Origin: Bdellovibrionia bacterium
GTDB taxonomy: Bacteria; Bdellovibrionota; UBA1018
DNA length: 15,342 nucleotides
Direction of reading: 5' to 3'
Assembly: GCA_049424145.1 (NCBI GenBank)
Contig: JBMSSC010000061.1
Span: 1 to 15,342, forward strand
Shown in pieces: positions 14,379 to 15,342 of the stretch (its first letter is position 1; each line of letters opens with the position of its first letter). A program made the position numbers and the translations under genes. The notes under the pieces were generated by a model. That model was not told the origin of the DNA. It ran no database searches and saw only the letters and a program-made list of their open reading frames with translations.

Positions 14379-15308
14379 ATGTCGCAGTCAAAAGCATTTC
14401 GGATTCTCATTCTGCCCTCAGGTGGCGCAACTGGAATCATTCCAGCAGCTCTTCTAGCAGCCTTGGAGCAAAAGACGGGTCGACCCACCCATCTGCTTTT
14501 TGATGAAATCTGGTGTTCTTCAATTGGATCCGTCATTGCAGCCCTCTTAACCCACCCCGGATTTAAACGCCATTCGCACTCGCCCCTGAGTGCAGAAGAG
14601 GTAACTCATTTTCTAATATCAATTTTCTCAAGCTGCAGGTCCGCCCTGAGGATCCGTGAAACCCTGCGCAGGGCTTGGCCCCATCTCGCAGATCCTCAGC
14701 TAAAAGACACCTTGATTCCAATGAAGATTCTAGCTGCAGAGGTAACCAAGCGATGGGGTCCCTGGCCCAAAGCCACCCAGCTTAAAACCTTTAGCACCCA
14801 GGAGACCCCACAAGTGAACCTACTGGATGCCGTTAGCGCCTCATGCACGGTATTCCCGTTTCACTGGAAACTCACACAGGTTCACTCCTTAACATCTCCT
14901 CATGGTTTGTACCTGGATGCGGGATGCGAGGTCTGCACGGAAAGTTGCATGAACCCCTTCGCAGTGTTTGGGCCTACTTTGGAAGCCAAGGCGCGGGAGC
15001 TCCCCATCTCCCTCTATTTTTTTAGTAACGGATGGGTAAGGTGGGATGAAACCCATAGACTCCACAGTGGGGCACACCCAGTTCGCCTTTTCAATCTTGA
15101 TACGTCGCTGGAGTCAATTTGGAAGAAGTGGAAGAAAACCACTCGATTAGGCCGAGTGATGAGGCCTGTGAATCACCCGCGTATCCTCCAGAACCTGACC
15201 GGAGCAGGAGCCCTACCCCCCTCGTTGCTCATCGAACACGCACAAGGACTCACAAGTGCCCAGGCTTTTCGTCAAGTCGTAGATTCCCTCTTATCCAATC
15301 CGCCGTAA
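14379..15308 (+). CDS. Patatin-like phospholipase family protein (divergent motifs)
   Basis: RILILPSGGATGI, LEQKTGRP..LLFDEI, CSSIGS, AVSASC and YLDAG; starts 4 nt after the upstream stop. Confidence 0.82.
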   Translation: MSQSKAFRILILPSGGATGIIPAALLAALEQKTGRPTHLLFDEIWCSSIGSVIAALLTHPGFKRHSHSPLSAEEVTHFLISIFSSCRSALRIRETLRRAWPHLADPQLKDTLIPMKILAAEVTKRWGPWPKATQLKTFSTQETPQVNLLDAVSASCTVFPFHWKLTQVHSLTSPHGLYLDAGCEVCTESCMNPFAVFGPTLEAKARELPISLYFFSNGWVRWDETHRLHSGAHPVRLFNLDTSLESIWKKWKKTTRLGRVMRPVNHPRILQNLTGAGALPPSLLIEHAQGLTSAQAFRQVVDSLLSNPP

Positions 15309-15330
15309 AACTCGCCCGTTCAGGGGCGAG
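15307..15330. terminator. Hairpin after the patatin stop (possible terminator; short U-tract only on the minus strand)
   Basis: AAAA-CTCGCCC-GTTCAG-GGGCGAG. Confidence 0.55.
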
Positions 15331-15342
15331 ATATAAGGCGTC

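Noticed and set aside
1157..15077. Remaining short ORF-track entries nested in or antisense to the called genes (e.g. 1918-2325, 3070-3459, 10222-10476, 12377-12643)
   Set aside because: Shadow frames of well-supported CDSs or of structured intergenic DNA, with no motifs or initiation signals.
14379..15308. Patatin as a CBASS CapV effector
   Set aside because: No CD-NTase or cap genes in the window, and the neighbours look like signalling/scaffold genes; sequence beyond the right edge is unseen.
1..15342. CRISPR array, rRNA or tRNA genes
   Set aside because: No regularly spaced direct repeats or tRNA/rRNA signatures seen; the only sizeable repeat is the STAS gene duplication.

Overview
Bacterial chromosomal window of moderate GC. 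Gene content and style suggest Bdellovibrionota or a related deltaproteobacterial lineage (inference only). The first ~240 bp are not explained by the ORF track. They carry the signature of an IS200/IS605-family right end (GAAT, hairpin, GAGGATGTCAA) at the end of a hairpin-dense ~170-nt segment, i.e. a probable TnpB omegaRNA (reRNA) scaffold followed by a guide-position sequence and a T-run. Housekeeping genes follow: PpiC/PrsA-type foldase, QEGLA/MATCAP-like metallopeptidase, rplM-rpsI, agmatinase, YggS, Maf, TatA and an FNR-like oxidoreductase. The window also holds several poorly characterised signalling loci: (i) two tandem STAS-like/zinc-ribbon paralogs plus a degenerate-receiver/GHKL kinase, a putative partner-switching module; (ii) an orphan REC-Hpt-kinase-CheW-CheW CheA behind a sigma28-like promoter and a structured three-way-junction leader; (iii) a divergent operon encoding a coiled-coil protein, an MshEN-like/pseudo-Hpt protein and an atypical patatin. 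All calls come from reading motifs by eye; no searches or folding programs were run.
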